This document shows positions 60,867 through 64,000 of a DNA stretch of 64,000 bases, one piece after another. Below the pieces are notes generated by a model, which worked only from the letters and a program-made list of their open reading frames with translations, was not told where the DNA came from and ran no database searches. Source of the DNA: an uncultured Acidobacteriota bacterium (GTDB lineage: Bacteria > Acidobacteriota > Vicinamibacteria > Vicinamibacterales > CAVVIG01); contig CAWBXO010000001.1 in assembly GCA_963792785.1 (NCBI GenBank), positions 1,082,215 to 1,146,214 of the forward strand, given 5' to 3'. The number at the start of each line of letters is the position of its first letter. Positions within the stretch are counted from its first letter, which is position 1. The position numbers and the translations under genes were made by a program.

Positions 60867-61850
60867 ATGGCACGTAGTCGACGCCGCGTCGTCCGCGCGT
60901 GGACCGGGACCGCGGTCCTCGCTGGGGCCGTCGCGATCGGATGTGGCCCGACAGCCGCGGTCGAGCCCGGCCCGCGGCCAATCGTGCGCATCGCCACGGC
61001 TTTCGCCCCCTTCAGCCAGCCGCTCGCGGCCGAGTACCGTTCGAGCCTTCCGCAGTTCGACATCGAGTCGCAGCCGGCGGGCGATTCGGAGGCGGCGATC
61101 GCCGGCATCGAAGCGGGCACCGTGGACCTGGGCGTCGTGCTCGCCGACGCGAGCTACCTCGCCTACCGCCGGGACCTCGAGCGGACGCCGGGCGCCGACA
61201 GCCGGATCCGGGGGGTGGCCCTGCTGCAGCCGCTTCCGCAGTACGTGCTGGTCCGCGGGGGCTCGGGGATCCACGACGTGTCGGACCTGCGCAAGCCGAC
61301 GGTGGGCCCCGCCAGCATTGCACTGGGTCCGCTCGGCTCCTCCTCCGCCTTGATCGGCCAGCTCGTGCTCGAGGCCTTCGATGTGGATCCCGCAAAAATC
61401 GCGCACGTGACCACGCGCGACGAAGCCGCCGCGGGCCTGAAGGACGGCACATTCGAGGCGACCTTTCTGCCCGGTTACGTCTACCCCGACACGGTCATCC
61501 ATTCGGTCGTCGAGGCGGGCGCGTACCTCATTCCGATCGACGGCCCGGCGGTCGATCGGCTGCGCCAGGAACATCCGTTCGTGCAGATCGCACGGATTCC
61601 CAGGGAAGTCTACCCGGGGCAGGACCGGATCCTGCCGACCGTCGGCATCGATCTGGCGGTCGTCTGCCGCCGCGATCTCGATCCGTCGATCGTGTACGCG
61701 CTCACCTCCACGCTGATGAGCGCGTACCCCCGGCTGTCGAGCGTCGAGGCGACGCTCCGGTTCCTGAATCCAGAAGAGGCGCCCGCAACGCCGGTGCCGC
61801 TCCACCCCGGCGCCGCGCGGTATTTCCGCCAGCGAGAGTTGTTGCGATGA
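60867..61850 (+). CDS. TAXI-family TRAP-type solute-binding protein (orphan)
   Basis: Internal ATG 60867 (MARSRRRVVRAWTGTAVLAGAVAIGC). TAXI hallmarks include the C-terminal LHPGAARYFRQRE. No TRAP membrane subunit lies nearby. Confidence 0.8.
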   Translation: MARSRRRVVRAWTGTAVLAGAVAIGCGPTAAVEPGPRPIVRIATAFAPFSQPLAAEYRSSLPQFDIESQPAGDSEAAIAGIEAGTVDLGVVLADASYLAYRRDLERTPGADSRIRGVALLQPLPQYVLVRGGSGIHDVSDLRKPTVGPASIALGPLGSSSALIGQLVLEAFDVDPAKIAHVTTRDEAAAGLKDGTFEATFLPGYVYPDTVIHSVVEAGAYLIPIDGPAVDRLRQEHPFVQIARIPREVYPGQDRILPTVGIDLAVVCRRDLDPSIVYALTSTLMSAYPRLSSVEATLRFLNPEEAPATPVPLHPGAARYFRQRELLR

Positions 61851-63538
61851 CGCGTCTCCTGACGCTCTTCGGCCTGAGAGTCACGCGGCTCCTCGTCCCC
61901 GTCGTGGCCGTGTGCGCCGCCGTGCTGGTGCTGACGGGCTACCGGGCGGTCGGCGAGTGGCGCCACGAGGCGTCGCTCGTGGCTGCCCGCCGGGCCAAGT
62001 CGGCCGCCGATCTGCTCGTCGCCGCGCTCGCGAAGGACATGCGCGGCGCGCAGTTGCAGGCGCTGGCCTCGGCAGCCGCAGTGGAGCGCGAACAGAGTTC
62101 GGCGGGTGCGCAATCCGACCTGCTGCACGCGGTCGCCACCGCGTTCGCGCGCTATCCGTATCCCGAAGCGTTCTTCGCCTGGGGCAGCGATCCGACGCCA
62201 GACTCGGTCGTGTTCTATACGCGCGTGGAGCGGCACCCCTCGTGGCTGCCGCCCGCCGACCAGAAGCACCTGTTTCCGGTGGTCGTCGGCCGCGAACGCG
62301 CCGTGGCGGAGCGCCTGCTCGAGCGGGTGGCACAGGACTCCTGGCAGGCGCGGCGCTTCTCGATCTTCGAAGTGCTCATCGACGGCTCGCCCCACCAGGT
62401 CGTCGCGCTGCTCTCCTACGCCGACCCACTCAACGAGCACCCGTCGGGCGCCGTGGGTTTCGAGGTGAATCTCCTGTGGGCGCGGACGCACTACTTCTCC
62501 GAGATCGCGGAGCAGGTGGCGCCTCTGGTCGGCGGCGACGGCAGCGTGCAGTTCGCCGTCCTGGACGGGACGGGCGCGGACGTCGTGGAGCATGGCGTCA
62601 CGGCGGCGACGCTCCGCGACGCCCCGCAGGGCCGGCAGACGTTCCCCGTGGCCTTCTTCGACCCGCTCGGCGTCGCCCTCGATCCGCCGCCCGATCTCGA
62701 GATCCCGACATGGACGGTCGTGGCCACCGCGCTCGACGACCCGACGCTCGGCGTGGCCGAGAGCGGCGCGCGGCGCACGCTCGGCGTGGCGATGGTCATG
62801 GCGCTGGCGCTGACGATCGGCATCGCACTGAGCCTCCAGGCCGCGCGGGCGAACGCCCGGCTGGGCGAAATGCGCGCCGACTTCGTCTCGGCGGTCACCC
62901 ACGAGCTCAAGACACCCATCGCGAACCTGCGCGCGCTCAGCGAGACGATGGCGTCGGGGCGCAGTACGCTCGAGATGTCGCGCGAGTACGCCCAGATGGG
63001 CATCCGCGAGGCCGGGCGCCTGTCGCGCCTGGTGGACAACCTGCTGGCGTACTCACGGGTCACCGATGTGGCCGACGTCTACTCGTTCGAGGCCACGACG
63101 ATCGACGCGGTCGTGGATCGGACGCTGCAGGAGTTCTCGCTGAACCTGCGGGACGGCCATTTCCAGGTCTCGGTCGACATCCCGGAGGATCTCCCGGCCG
63201 TCCGCGCCGACCCGAAGGCTCTCGGCCTGATGCTGAACAACCTGGTCGACAACGCCATCCGGTACTCGAAGGACACACGTGAGCTCAAAATTTCGGCGCG
63301 CCCGGACGACGGCACGATCGTCTTGACGGTGGCCGATCGGGGCGTGGGCATTCCAGAAAGCGAGATCCAGCGGGTGCGGCGGAAATTCAGCCGCGGCCAC
63401 GGCGCCGACGGCGGCGGCAGCGGCCTCGGGCTGGCCATCGTCGAACGCATCGTGGCGGACCACCACGGCACGCTGCGCATCGAGAGCGCGCCCGGCGTCG
63501 GCACGACCATGGTCGTGACGCTCCCGGTGATCACATGA
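61847..63538 (+). CDS. sensor histidine kinase (HisKA/HATPase_c) with large periplasmic domain
   Basis: ATG 61847 overlaps the TAXI stop (ATGA). 563 aa with two TM segments, the H-box FVSAVTHELKTPI, and the N/G boxes DNAIRYS, DRGVGIP, GSGLGLAIV. Confidence 0.9.
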   Translation: MTRLLTLFGLRVTRLLVPVVAVCAAVLVLTGYRAVGEWRHEASLVAARRAKSAADLLVAALAKDMRGAQLQALASAAAVEREQSSAGAQSDLLHAVATAFARYPYPEAFFAWGSDPTPDSVVFYTRVERHPSWLPPADQKHLFPVVVGRERAVAERLLERVAQDSWQARRFSIFEVLIDGSPHQVVALLSYADPLNEHPSGAVGFEVNLLWARTHYFSEIAEQVAPLVGGDGSVQFAVLDGTGADVVEHGVTAATLRDAPQGRQTFPVAFFDPLGVALDPPPDLEIPTWTVVATALDDPTLGVAESGARRTLGVAMVMALALTIGIALSLQAARANARLGEMRADFVSAVTHELKTPIANLRALSETMASGRSTLEMSREYAQMGIREAGRLSRLVDNLLAYSRVTDVADVYSFEATTIDAVVDRTLQEFSLNLRDGHFQVSVDIPEDLPAVRADPKALGLMLNNLVDNAIRYSKDTRELKISARPDDGTIVLTVADRGVGIPESEIQRVRRKFSRGHGADGGGSGLGLAIVERIVADHHGTLRIESAPGVGTTMVVTLPVIT

Positions 63539-64000
63539 GCGCGAGACGCGTCCTGGTCGTCGAGGACGACCCGGTGCTTTCCCGCGTGCTGCACGACAAC
63601 CTCGTGTTCGAGGGCTTCCAGGTCCGGTGTATCGCCGACGGCCTGGTCGCGCTCGGCGCGGCCAAGGAATTCGCGCCCGACCTCGTCCTGCTGGACGTGA
63701 ACCTGCCGGGCAAGTCCGGCTTCGACCTGACGACGAGCTGGCGGCAAACCAACCGGACGCCCATCATCCTGCTCACCGCGAAGAGCCAGAAGAGCGACAA
63801 GCTGCGCGGCCTGGCGCTGGGGGCCGACGACTACGTCACGAAGCCCTTCGACCTCGAGGAGCTCCTCGCGCGCATCCACGCGGTACTGCGCCGGTCGCAG
63901 CCCCAGGTGCACCGGCTGACGCTCGGACGCGTGATCGTCGACTTCATGAAGCTGGAGGCGTCCCGCGGGACGCATCCCCTCGACCTGAGCCACCGCGAGT
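63535..64000 (+). CDS. OmpR-family response regulator (3' end truncated by the window edge)
   Basis: ATG 63535 overlaps the kinase stop (ATGA). Translation: MSARRVLVVEDDPVLSRVLHDNL...DLVLLDVNLPGKSGFDL...LTAKSQKSDKLRGLALGADDYVTKPFDLEELLARIHAVLRR. Not in the ORF track because no stop codon falls within the window. Confidence 0.9.
   Translation, partial: MSARRVLVVEDDPVLSRVLHDNLVFEGFQVRCIADGLVALGAAKEFAPDLVLLDVNLPGKSGFDLTTSWRQTNRTPIILLTAKSQKSDKLRGLALGADDYVTKPFDLEELLARIHAVLRRSQPQVHRLTLGRVIVDFMKLEASRGTHPLDLSHRE

Overview
This is a high-GC (about 70%) bacterial chromosomal window. The gene content looks like a soil Acidobacteriota- or Gemmatimonadota-type organism, but that is inference only. I call about 50 protein genes. 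Most sit in long minus-strand operons whose stop and start codons overlap (ATGA, GTGA, TAATG). I saw no rRNA, tRNA, CRISPR array, transposase or integrase.

The left 17 kb is ordinary: an MBOAT plus AlgX/AlgJ-like O-acetylation pair, a CoA-transferase, a dihaem cytochrome c plus PQQ dehydrogenase, DAHP synthase, CapA and RmuC.

The rest is an exported, redox-rich region built from three paralogue families:
1. A two-gene cassette present three times. Gene 1 is a secreted protein that fuses a PSCyt1-type haem-c domain to a PHM/DBH-like two-copper monooxygenase core and ends in a poly-Gln tail. Gene 2 is a conserved secreted partner, which is tandemly duplicated in copy C.
2. Seven CRTAC1/ASPIC-UnbV FG-GAP proteins, each coupled to a different partner: TPR lipoproteins, a membrane pentahaem cytochrome-TPR protein, an AhpD-like protein, a nitrilase-like protein, an SCO-like protein and a Cys-less DsbA-like protein.
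3. A 3.6-kb segmental duplication of an Oar-like TonB-dependent receptor plus a small protein.

A direct repeat, TGTCGCG-N3-TGTCGCA, recurs upstream of four of these operons. Seven single-base (+1) frameshifts interrupt five genes and may be assembly errors. Unusual 7-8-bp tandem repeats, G-quadruplex motifs and strong hairpins occupy the intergenic junctions.

All family calls come from motif recognition by eye. No searches were run.
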